A DNA stretch of 64,000 nt from NCBI GenBank assembly GCA_047285805.1, contig JBJBCN010000003.1, forward strand, positions 224,001-288,000, given 5' to 3'. Source of the DNA: Synechococcus sp. (GTDB taxonomy: Bacteria; Cyanobacteriota; Cyanobacteriia; PCC-6307; Cyanobiaceae). Of this stretch, positions 51,683-60,265 are shown piece by piece (within the stretch, counting starts at the first letter, position 1; each line of letters starts with the position of its first letter). A program made the position numbers and the translations under genes. The notes beneath the pieces are model-generated. The model saw only the letters and a program-made list of their open reading frames with translations, was not told where the DNA came from and did not search any database.

Positions 51683-52834
51683 ATGAGCATGACTGGAGAC
51701 TCAATTTGTGCTTACGCAGGTTCAGATTTTGCATATAAGATTTTCATCTGTGCTGAACAACAGGATCTAAAGACGTTTGTTGAAGAAGTCGTCAGAAGTA
51801 AGTCTTCAATTGTATTGTTCATTGACTCGTACATTGTAGATTCTCCTGCCTGCAAAGACATTATTCAAGAGTTCACAATTGCCCTAGATGAGGGCATAGG
51901 ATGCACACTGTTTGTCAAATGCTTAGATGCCGGGAAACAAGCAAAGAGCCTGTCAACATTAGGTGATCTAGCTGAATGGTTAGTTGACACGGGAGTTCAG
52001 AGAGATAGTTTGTTTGTGGGCATTGGTGGAGGAGTTATTGGGGATTTGGTTGGACTTCTTTCTGCACTTTATTATAGAGGTGTAGATCTAGTACATATCC
52101 CAACCAATTTATTGTCGATGACGGATTCGGCAATAGGAGGTAAGACTGCTGTCAACACTAGTCGACATGTAAATAGTCTCGGTACGTACAAGCATCCTAT
52201 AGGAACACTCGTTTATCTGCCATTCTTGGAAACGCTGCCTACGAGAGATCTTTGTGCCGGCTTAGCAGAAGTATTAAAGATTAGTCTCTTAAGAGATGAT
52301 GGGCTTTTAGAAATACTTGAAAGCGCAGACAACCTGCACTCATTACTTAGAAATGGGCAAGGTGCACTTATTATAAAGAAGGCCATAGAGTATAAACTGG
52401 TATTTACTGGCAGCGACATTGAAGAAAGGCATAGAAGGCTATTTCTGAATATCGGGCATACATTCGGACATGCCATTGAGGCAATCCAGGATTTGCGGAA
52501 TGAAGAGTATTACCGTCACGGCGAGGCTGTGGCACTTGGTCTGCTATGTAGCTCATATATATCTGAATCATTGTATGGTATTAATGTGCTAGACAGGGTA
52601 AAGACGTTGTTAGAGAAGTACAACCTGCCTGTCAAGTTAGATCGAATTTTTCATGAAGGTTTTTCCGATGCAGATGAGCTTGTTGAGAGTTTAGTCAGGC
52701 TATCATTAAAGGATAAAAAAGGTCAGCGCGGAAAACTGCGCATTGTTTTAATGGAGAACTATTTTTCACCTGTTATTTTGGAGACTGATAATAGGAGACT
52801 CCTGATAGAGGCGTTTAAATGCATAATAGATTAG
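51683..52834 (+). CDS. 3-dehydroquinate synthase (AroB)-like sugar-phosphate cyclase
   Basis: GGGVIGD, YYRG, PTNLLSMTDSAIGGKTAVN, AEVLK, RLFLNIGHTFGHAIE, HGEAV and DKK. Confidence 0.87.
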   Translation: MSMTGDSICAYAGSDFAYKIFICAEQQDLKTFVEEVVRSKSSIVLFIDSYIVDSPACKDIIQEFTIALDEGIGCTLFVKCLDAGKQAKSLSTLGDLAEWLVDTGVQRDSLFVGIGGGVIGDLVGLLSALYYRGVDLVHIPTNLLSMTDSAIGGKTAVNTSRHVNSLGTYKHPIGTLVYLPFLETLPTRDLCAGLAEVLKISLLRDDGLLEILESADNLHSLLRNGQGALIIKKAIEYKLVFTGSDIEERHRRLFLNIGHTFGHAIEAIQDLRNEEYYRHGEAVALGLLCSSYISESLYGINVLDRVKTLLEKYNLPVKLDRIFHEGFSDADELVESLVRLSLKDKKGQRGKLRIVLMENYFSPVILETDNRRLLIEAFKCIID

Positions 52835-54102
52835 TTAGGGAGATAGTCAGAAGAAGCAATTATCGATGGGGCCGGATAAGCAAGCGAGATGAAGCAGCAA
52901 AGTATGTGGGGGCTACTATCAGGGATCTGCTACGTCGAGCATATTACGCTTTCAGAGTTTTAGTCCAAGCAGAGCGCATTAATAAGCTAGAGAATATTTG
53001 CAGCAAAAGACAGTTAGTTGCCTATAGTAGAAATAGCGATGGATCAATCAATCATTGGTTAGACAAATACTTTGGTGAAGGGACAGAGTTGATTGACTCT
53101 GTAATCGTTGAGATATCAGCATGCGGAACGGTAAATCTCTGGGAAAGCAAAATGATTGCGGGATCATATGTCCAGTTAGTGCTGCCAGGCCTTGCGTGTA
53201 GGGATTATGTTCTTTTGTTATTAAAAGCAATACGCGTGTATAAAGAGGCGATAAGTCAGCGATCGGCATATTATGCGCAGGTCGAGTCATTCAGAATAGC
53301 AATAGACTACATTCTTAAGCATTTTGCACCGAGCAGTATTGCTTTCCCGTTTGAAGGACAATATTGGGAACAGGTAATTTGCATGATGAGTCGAATAAAT
53401 GGATGCAAGACATATGGCGTATTGCATGCTTTGAATATTAGCTGCTCATTGAATAGTCGACTTGAATTTCATAATGTGCTTTCCCCGGATCATTTTATCT
53501 CGCAATCAGTATACACAAGTTTATTCCTGCAAAAGTTCTTTGGATGGCCTAGACATAAAGCTTGCCTGAAGCGACTTAAGGGTAAGTATCCCTTGAGTCG
53601 TGTCATCGGTGTGCAGAATAAAATAAAAGACACTTCGGATGCCAATGAGATCTTGATACTTGGTAGCTACATGCTGACTGAAGATCTTTCAGCCTTTAGG
53701 TTGCTTAAGTTGCACTTCCCTGGCGCAGTTTACTACTATAAGTCTCACCCACTTAGACGTTCAGACAAAGAGTTTATGTTGTCAATCCATAAGCATTGTG
53801 AGATTCTTCTATGGGATGGAGAAGATAGTGTAGTTTTTGATATCATATTGTCACCACTATCTAGTACAGTTTCTCTAGAATTATTCTTGGCCGGTCAGGA
53901 AAATTTGCTTGTGTATGGACTTTCTAATGGATGCACGCCAAACCCATTTGAGCAGTTTGAGATCAAGCTTCGTACTGAAGCAGCGGCGGATGATGCCAAG
54001 CTATGGTCTTTAGAAAGTGAGCAATCTGTAGCTTCTATAAAAGAGGAGATTTGCGCCCATCAACCCTTAGAAATCGGAAAGCTGGCCCGCTGTCCCAAGT
54101 GA
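52819..54102 (+). CDS. Hypothetical surface-carbohydrate protein, candidate HP-motif GT-B transferase
   Basis: FEGQYWEQ, YGVLH, PD, ILILGSY and YKSHP recall CMP-ulosonate transferases and related surface-carbohydrate proteins; family not certain. Confidence 0.5.
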   Translation: MHNRLVREIVRRSNYRWGRISKRDEAAKYVGATIRDLLRRAYYAFRVLVQAERINKLENICSKRQLVAYSRNSDGSINHWLDKYFGEGTELIDSVIVEISACGTVNLWESKMIAGSYVQLVLPGLACRDYVLLLLKAIRVYKEAISQRSAYYAQVESFRIAIDYILKHFAPSSIAFPFEGQYWEQVICMMSRINGCKTYGVLHALNISCSLNSRLEFHNVLSPDHFISQSVYTSLFLQKFFGWPRHKACLKRLKGKYPLSRVIGVQNKIKDTSDANEILILGSYMLTEDLSAFRLLKLHFPGAVYYYKSHPLRRSDKEFMLSIHKHCEILLWDGEDSVVFDIILSPLSSTVSLELFLAGQENLLVYGLSNGCTPNPFEQFEIKLRTEAAADDAKLWSLESEQSVASIKEEICAHQPLEIGKLARCPK

Positions 54103-54144
54103 AGTCTTTTGATAGGTTAAAATAGAAGTTGGCCAAAACAACCA

Positions 54145-56184
54145 ATGACGAGTATTAGTCCTAAATACATAAGGTATATAGATGGGCTAAGAGCACTTGC
54201 TGTTGGTGGTGTGTTCATGAACCACCTCAACGAGGAGCTGCTGAAGAGTGGTTTTTTGGGTGTTGATATATTCTTTGTGATTTCAGGTTTTGTAATTACG
54301 GGGTCGCTTGTAAAGAGCAGAGATCTTTCTCTCGGTGCTTTTTTAAAGCATTTTTATAAACGACGGATCCTAAGGATATTTCCTGCCTTACTATTTTATC
54401 TTCTTGTCGTTGGGTTACTTACAGCATTAATGGTACCCGAGCCATCTTTCTACCTGAAGACAGGCACAAGTGCTGTGTTCGGCTATTCGAATATATTGCT
54501 TGCTAAGGAAGCTGTGAATTATTTCGGCTCTGATGCTGCTTTTAACCCTTTTACTCAGACATGGTCTCTAGGTGTTGAAGAGCAGTTCTATGTATTAATA
54601 CCTGTAATACTCTGGTTGTTCTTTAGATTTAGAGGGCATACTCAATCTGATGGCGACCAAGAGTTGCCTGCTCCCCTGGTCAGATTTATAAGCCTGTTTT
54701 CATTGCTATCACTTTTGTTTTTTGGTGCGGTAGCCGTTATCAGACCACATTTTGCATATTTCTTGATGCCCTTCCGATTTTGGGAAATGGGTCTTGGTGT
54801 CTTAGCATTCCATTTTAGGAACAAGGTTTTTGCGAAAGGGAACCAGCAGCAAGTCCTTTGTAAAGCCATATCAGCAGCTTCCCTTATTATTATCGGCTGT
54901 AGCCTATTTGCGATTAGGGATTATCAGATAGTTTCGACAATAAGTGTGTGTCTTGCGACTACGCTTTTAATAGCTACAACAGCGGATTTGTCTCCTGCCT
55001 CGAGGATACTTTCCTGGAGGCCGTTGGTTTACTTAGGGAAGATTTCCTACTCATTATATCTATGGCATTGGGGCTTGATTGCTTTAAGTAAGTGGAGTTT
55101 CGGGTATACCAGATATTCTTACGTGTTAGTAGTAGTCATGACTTTTGTGCTATCGGTTGCCTCTTATCACCTTATAGAGCAGAAGTTCAGATACATCAAG
55201 CAAAGTCCTGACAGATTAGTTTTTGGCGTTGGTATATCATCCCTTCTTTTGTCATCAGCTGTTTTGTTCGGACTTGAGAATATTTCTAATCTTATTCCAA
55301 TTGGCGTTAATAATAGGCACAAGCCACAAAATATGCTCGTGAACCAGGGGCATATCCATGATCAATTAACGAAGTGCCATACTCCTAAAGATATTTCAAG
55401 GATGGCGAAAAAGTGCTTAGGTACTGAGATAAGTCTATCCTCGAATAAACAAGCGGTTTATATATTAGGTGATAGTCATGCGTCACAACTCTACCCCTCG
55501 GTTGTAAGTGCATTAGACGGACTGCGACGCAATGCTTACGTCTTTTATTTGGCAGAGAATGGCTTTGTGATGAGTATTACAAGCTCAGGTTTTCTGAATC
55601 AGTTTCTTGAAAGAGATGCTTGTTTTGGTTTTACAAGTAGTTCTTGCCTTCCCAACAGCTTTTCTATAATTAAAGACATATTGAGAAACCGACTGAGGCA
55701 CGGAGACGTTGTGATCTTTTCGCTTGCAAGCTATAGGGTAAGTAAGGATAGTGAGGCGAAGCTGCCGCGGAGCTACAATCCGGAATCTGTTTCCAACCTT
55801 GAACATAGCCTCAAGGAATTAGGTAGAGCAATTAAACCTACAAAAGCAACTCTCGTTCTCCTTGACGATATCATTGCAACATGCAGGTATCCCGGGTTGA
55901 ATTACGAGTTCCTAGTCTTGGATAAAGGTAATATCGAGGCATGCACAATCGATAAGTCTATTGGCATTCAAGATAGGGCAGGTTTTACAATGGCGCTCAA
56001 GAATTCAGCTAAAGCTTTAGATAACGTTTTGTATTATGATTTTGCCAGTGAGCTATGCGATAAGAATACCTGCTCTGTTTTAGATCCACGGAGTAAGCGT
56101 CTTCTCTATTCAGACAGCCGCAACCATTTCACAGCTACCTATCCTGACCCATTAAGGGATCAGATGATGAGAGTACTTGAGTAG
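54145..56184 (+). CDS. OafA/OatA-like O-acyltransferase (Acyl_transf_3 plus SGNH)
   Basis: IDGLRALAV, GVDIFFVISGF, RRILRIFP, WSLGVEEQFY, SYSLYLWH, GDSHA and DSRNH. Confidence 0.92.
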   Translation: MTSISPKYIRYIDGLRALAVGGVFMNHLNEELLKSGFLGVDIFFVISGFVITGSLVKSRDLSLGAFLKHFYKRRILRIFPALLFYLLVVGLLTALMVPEPSFYLKTGTSAVFGYSNILLAKEAVNYFGSDAAFNPFTQTWSLGVEEQFYVLIPVILWLFFRFRGHTQSDGDQELPAPLVRFISLFSLLSLLFFGAVAVIRPHFAYFLMPFRFWEMGLGVLAFHFRNKVFAKGNQQQVLCKAISAASLIIIGCSLFAIRDYQIVSTISVCLATTLLIATTADLSPASRILSWRPLVYLGKISYSLYLWHWGLIALSKWSFGYTRYSYVLVVVMTFVLSVASYHLIEQKFRYIKQSPDRLVFGVGISSLLLSSAVLFGLENISNLIPIGVNNRHKPQNMLVNQGHIHDQLTKCHTPKDISRMAKKCLGTEISLSSNKQAVYILGDSHASQLYPSVVSALDGLRRNAYVFYLAENGFVMSITSSGFLNQFLERDACFGFTSSSCLPNSFSIIKDILRNRLRHGDVVIFSLASYRVSKDSEAKLPRSYNPESVSNLEHSLKELGRAIKPTKATLVLLDDIIATCRYPGLNYEFLVLDKGNIEACTIDKSIGIQDRAGFTMALKNSAKALDNVLYYDFASELCDKNTCSVLDPRSKRLLYSDSRNHFTATYPDPLRDQMMRVLE

Positions 56185-56247
56185 ATAAAAGCTATGACGC
56201 ACTAAAGTCAGCTACAATAAACATGTACTTTTCGGCCTCAATACGTA

Positions 56248-57042
56248 GTGTTCACAAGACTTCTGCGATACTTTTGGGATGCAAGGCTTGAGTCCACAAC
56301 CGCTGTTAAGGCAAAGGGTCAGTATCTGTTCGCTGTTTACGACTTTGGGCCAATCACTCGGATGAGGGCGAAGACCTTTGAAGTGAAGGAACCAGATACG
56401 CTTAAATGGATTGATAGCTTTAAAGAAGGCGATACTTTTCTGGATATAGGTGCAAACATAGGCATTTATAGTATATATTGCGCGATGCGCGGGGTTCGAA
56501 CTGTTTGCATAGAACCAGATGCACTAAATTTTGCATTATTAAACCTAAATACGAGGCTAAACTGCTTAGGTGGGCTAATAAGTTCTTACTGTGTCGCAGT
56601 TTATGACGCATGCAAGTATTCTCTCTTTTATAGTTCTTCTAATACATGGGGTGGTGCATTAAACAGTTTTGATCAATCGCCGACAGAATCAAGTCAATAC
56701 ACAAGGCTTGACTCTGAGATCTATGCTCAAGGATGTTATGGAACTACTTTGGATGGTTTCTTATGTTCAATAGATTTTTTTCCATCTCATATCAAGATTG
56801 ATATTGATGGAAACGAATTAGCAACCCTAAGAGGTGCATCAAAGACTCTACATGACACCAGACTCAAGTCGGTACTTATAGAACTTGACGAGTCAGACAC
56901 AGAGTATAAAGACTGCCTCAGCCACCTAGAGTCGTCAGGCTTGGTCTTAGCTTCAAAGCAAATATCTGACTACGTAAAGAGTGCGGGACTAATCAAAAAT
57001 ATTAGCAATCATATTTACTATCGACTGCAAAGTCAGAATTGA
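56248..57042 (+). CDS. FkbM-family methyltransferase
   Basis: KEPDT, FLDIGANIG, IEPD and IKIDIDGNE..LRGA. Confidence 0.88.
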   Translation: MFTRLLRYFWDARLESTTAVKAKGQYLFAVYDFGPITRMRAKTFEVKEPDTLKWIDSFKEGDTFLDIGANIGIYSIYCAMRGVRTVCIEPDALNFALLNLNTRLNCLGGLISSYCVAVYDACKYSLFYSSSNTWGGALNSFDQSPTESSQYTRLDSEIYAQGCYGTTLDGFLCSIDFFPSHIKIDIDGNELATLRGASKTLHDTRLKSVLIELDESDTEYKDCLSHLESSGLVLASKQISDYVKSAGLIKNISNHIYYRLQSQN

Positions 57043-57070
57043 CTTTTGCCTTGGTTCTGAAGTGGATGTA

Positions 57071-57886
57071 TTAGCTATGAAATATATTTAGGCATGAATC
57101 ATCGAGGTCAGGGTTCTGGAATATTACTGGTCTGCAAATCGGCATTCGTGACTTTATAACTAATAGACCTTCAAGATTTGAGATTCTTAGTGACTTTGTT
57201 CCCTTAGCTGAAATTCTTAGCGAAGACAGTACTTGATGATAACTGGTTTGGGCATGGCTTTTTATTGTTATTTCTAAGTTTTTGTCAGTCGGATTATTGA
57301 AGACAAGATCATATATGGATTCAGGATCAAATAGGTAGTTAGGAATGTATTCAAATTCATACCGCCGCTGCTTCGCTGCGTTTTCCTCATAACTTTGAGG
57401 GCTCATGCCTCCAAAGTTACCATGAACAACACTCCCCATTTGACCAACGAGTTTTGATTGACGAAGATAGCCTCTATGAAGAGGTATGGGTTGAATGTCG
57501 TTTACACAGAAGTCATATTGAGTATCTTGGTTAAGATAGACGCTGTGCGTAAAAGAAATATACGGATGGTTAGGCGCTACTGAAGTGCGCGGTGGATCAA
57601 GTTCAAAACGAGGAAAGTACTTATCTGTGTAGAAACGATTTTTCCCCATGGGAAGGCCTTCTGCGTTAAAAAAGTGAAATTCATGGGTTGCATTGCAAGA
57701 TGAGGTCATCAGTAATGCGTAGATATTCTCAGCGAGAAACGTGGAGCTGGCATAGTCAGCTCTCATCACAAATAAGTCGCTATATTCCTGTGCAGGAGCA
57801 AGAGCAGAGCTTAGAGAGTACGGCTTAAAGTCTCTATTCTTGAGGTGTTCAAGTAGTATAGCTATTTTGGCTTTAGTATCAGTCAA
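57071..57886 (-). CDS. Hypothetical protein
   Basis: 271-aa ORF in AT-rich DNA; soluble, beta-rich appearance; HGNFGG motif; no family recognised. Confidence 0.65.
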   Translation of the reverse strand: MTDTKAKIAILLEHLKNRDFKPYSLSSALAPAQEYSDLFVMRADYASSTFLAENIYALLMTSSCNATHEFHFFNAEGLPMGKNRFYTDKYFPRFELDPPRTSVAPNHPYISFTHSVYLNQDTQYDFCVNDIQPIPLHRGYLRQSKLVGQMGSVVHGNFGGMSPQSYEENAAKQRRYEFEYIPNYLFDPESIYDLVFNNPTDKNLEITIKSHAQTSYHQVLSSLRISAKGTKSLRISNLEGLLVIKSRMPICRPVIFQNPDLDDSCLNIFHS

Positions 57887-58781
57887 TGTGTTCAGCCCAT
57901 GAAGATTTCAGCACGGATACTAGCTCAAACTTACTGCTTCCCCATAGCATTTCATGGGGTGGATGAGTATGTTCTACGTCTATTTCTTCGTACTGTGAAT
58001 TGGCTGATATATTCAGAAAGACTGGTATGAATGATGCAGATTTCGAGACGAGCAAATGCGAATCATCAAACAGGGATGGAAATAGACTTGTGATGTTAAT
58101 TAAGTTTGCTGAATTGGTCTTGACGCTAATCTGACCAACCGTCTCTTTAGTATTTGGGTTTAATATTGAGATTTGATGGCTACTTGAGTTCTCCGCGTCA
58201 GCCACTAAGTTCATGAAGAAGCAATATGTCATACATTCTGCTGGGCTTCTATCTGCTCGCAGACTATCAAAACTTAGGAAAGAGCCATTGCATCTCTGTG
58301 CCATACGAGCCGGATATTCACCTTGATAACACGCGACTGAGCGTCCATACTTAAATTGATAAGAAACTCTCTCTGATACAGGCGCCAGGTCAAGCTTTCG
58401 TGAACACGGATCCGGTAGATATCGAGTCTCCTTAGGGCTGTTCACAGAAAGAGTCGGAATCATAATCAAAAATGAAGAAGGCTCATAAGAAGAAGCGCTT
58501 ACCACTCTGCTATCCCCAGGTTCGCATTTAATCGTTTCGAGTAGATGCCACTTGAAAGAATTCAAGTTATATATATGCAGATAAATAGTTTTTGTCAAAT
58601 AACTTAGATCTGAGCCTTTGCTGATCTGATTTGCAGGAGAGTTGACGAATAGCAAGTTCGTCGAAATAATCCTGGAATGTTGACCTAAATCGTTTTGGAA
58701 GGAGTGTGTGAAAGAAGGGAAAAGAGGGAAGTAGCAACTCATGCAAAAGATGTTAGGCGGACGGCCGCGATTATGCGACAA
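57879..58781 (-). CDS. Hypothetical protein
   Basis: 300-aa ORF (true start may be ATG 58742); YQGEYP and VEHTHPP motifs; overlaps the next gene by 8 nt. Confidence 0.65.
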   Translation of the reverse strand: MSHNRGRPPNIFCMSCYFPLFPSFTHSFQNDLGQHSRIISTNLLFVNSPANQISKGSDLSYLTKTIYLHIYNLNSFKWHLLETIKCEPGDSRVVSASSYEPSSFLIMIPTLSVNSPKETRYLPDPCSRKLDLAPVSERVSYQFKYGRSVACYQGEYPARMAQRCNGSFLSFDSLRADRSPAECMTYCFFMNLVADAENSSSHQISILNPNTKETVGQISVKTNSANLINITSLFPSLFDDSHLLVSKSASFIPVFLNISANSQYEEIDVEHTHPPHEMLWGSSKFELVSVLKSSWAEHID

Positions 58782-58803
58782 TTAGGTCGACTGTAAGTGA
58801 CGC

Positions 58804-59406
58804 ATGGAGTATCTAACAATCGCGAGCAGTAATCAGGGAAAATTAAATGAATTTCGTGAGCTCTTGGTTCATGTCCCTGTGTATGTGCAGAGTCAACCCG
58901 ATGGTTTAAACATACAGGAAACTGGTGCAACCTTCTCCGCCAACGCCCGCCTCAAAGCGGAAGCCGTCGCACAAGCAACGGGACAGTGGGCCTTGGCGGA
59001 CGACTCCGGCCTAAGCGTTGATGCCCTCGGTGGCGCGCCTGGGGTGCACTCGGCCCGCTACGCCACTACGGATGCCGCACGCATTGAGCGTTTGCTCCAG
59101 GAGCTCACGGCAGCCGGTGCCCAAGACCCAATCTCCCGTTCAGCCCGCTTTACCGCTGCCTTAGCTCTCGCTGCCCCCAGCGGACAAGTAGTGCTGGAAG
59201 TGGAAGGGCACTGCCCCGGCCAAATCCTGACGGAAAGCCGCGGTGATGGCGGCTTTGGCTACGACCCCGTCTTCTACGTGCCGGAAGTAAAGCTCACCTT
59301 TGCGGAGATGCCGAAGGAGCTGAAAGCGGAGTTGGGGCATCGAGGTCGCGCCTTCGCTGCCCTGAAACCCCAACTGCAGGCCCTCTTGGCTCAAGACAGG
59401 CAGTAA
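58804..59406 (+). CDS. rdgB: Non-canonical purine NTP pyrophosphatase (RdgB/HAM1)
   Basis: ASSNQGK, ETGATF, ADDSGL, PGVHSARY, GFGYDPVF and HRGRA. Confidence 0.94.
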   Translation: MEYLTIASSNQGKLNEFRELLVHVPVYVQSQPDGLNIQETGATFSANARLKAEAVAQATGQWALADDSGLSVDALGGAPGVHSARYATTDAARIERLLQELTAAGAQDPISRSARFTAALALAAPSGQVVLEVEGHCPGQILTESRGDGGFGYDPVFYVPEVKLTFAEMPKELKAELGHRGRAFAALKPQLQALLAQDRQ

Positions 59407-59875
59407 TCGAGGGCCAAGCTGACCGAGTTGCGCGGGGCAGGCTCTTCATCCAGGTTGAAGCTGGCCGAGAGCACGCGGTTGTAGGCCATCGGCCGTGGCC
59501 TGGGCTTGGCCCTGGCCATCCGCCAGGGCCTGACGCATCAATTGGGCTTGCACGATCTCGCTCTGCCGCTCGCAACCAATGAGGTGAAGCCGTTGAGGTT
59601 TACTCCAGCCACTCACCAAAGGCTTCAAAGCAAAGCGCAATCGCTCCAGCCGAGCGTTGATCTGCTGCATGACGTCAGCCTTGCTCGCCGCCGCCTCCGA
59701 GAGGCACAAGTTGAAGCGAAAGCGATCGAAGGCGGTCGCTTCCGCTCTCGTTGACCTGCAGTTGGTACAAGGTGCCGCTGCAACGATTACCACCCCCGGC
59801 CTGGGCGGCTTGGACCACGGCCAAAGGCATCAGGACGAGAGCGCGGCTGAAGGCGGAAGAACGCAAACGGAACAT
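59391..59875 (-). pseudogene. Frameshifted and internally deleted gene for an exported SIMPL/DUF541-like protein
   Basis: Coherent peptide blocks lie in different frames: signal peptide plus CSGTLYQLQVNESG, TAFDRFRFNL..LKPLVSG, GVNLNGFTSL, EIVQAQLMRQALADG..QATA, and PRPMAY..SVSLALDYCLS* (TGA at 59391-59393). Confidence 0.65.
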
Positions 59876-59968
59876 GGCTCCAACGGCTGAGAATTGCGGT
59901 CTAGGGGCGATCGAAGGTGCGGTCACAACAGGACCCAGCCGGAGCTGCGACGAAATCCAACTGGCCCC

Positions 59969-60265
59969 TCAAATCACCCCGAGATCACCCACAACAGAGC
60001 GCCACTGCTGCAGCGTCCACTCGACCCCGCCACTGAGGAGCATCGGATCCTGCTGAATCAGCGCTTCGGCTTCGCGGTAATCCTCCGCCTGCAGCAACAG
60101 CAATCCCCCGCCACCCGGCTGACCCTCGCCGTCAACGAGATAGCCGCTGCTGAGCACCAGACCCTCAGCACGCCGTTGCTCGACCCAGCGGCGATGGGCC
60201 TCGAGATGAGGTTTCATCTCGACGTAGGGCCGCAGGAAGCGCTCTGTTTTAACAAACCAGGGCAT
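59969..60265 (-). CDS. YciI-family protein
   Basis: HLEAHRRW, SGYL..GGGGLL and DPM. Confidence 0.85.
   Translation of the reverse strand: MPWFVKTERFLRPYVEMKPHLEAHRRWVEQRRAEGLVLSSGYLVDGEGQPGGGGLLLLQAEDYREAEALIQQDPMLLSGGVEWTLQQWRSVVGDLGVI

Larger units (their letters stand above)
49199..58803. other. AT-rich genomic islet 2 (unusual acid-sugar/cyclitol surface glycan cluster)
   Basis: Visible GC drop between pgm and rdgB; nine tightly packed ORFs; no mobility genes seen. Confidence 0.82.

Noticed and set aside
51683..52834. Mycosporine/gadusol (DDGS/EEVS) sunscreen cluster
   Set aside because: The active-site pattern is DHQS-type, and there is no ATP-grasp ligase or adjacent MysB-type O-methyltransferase.
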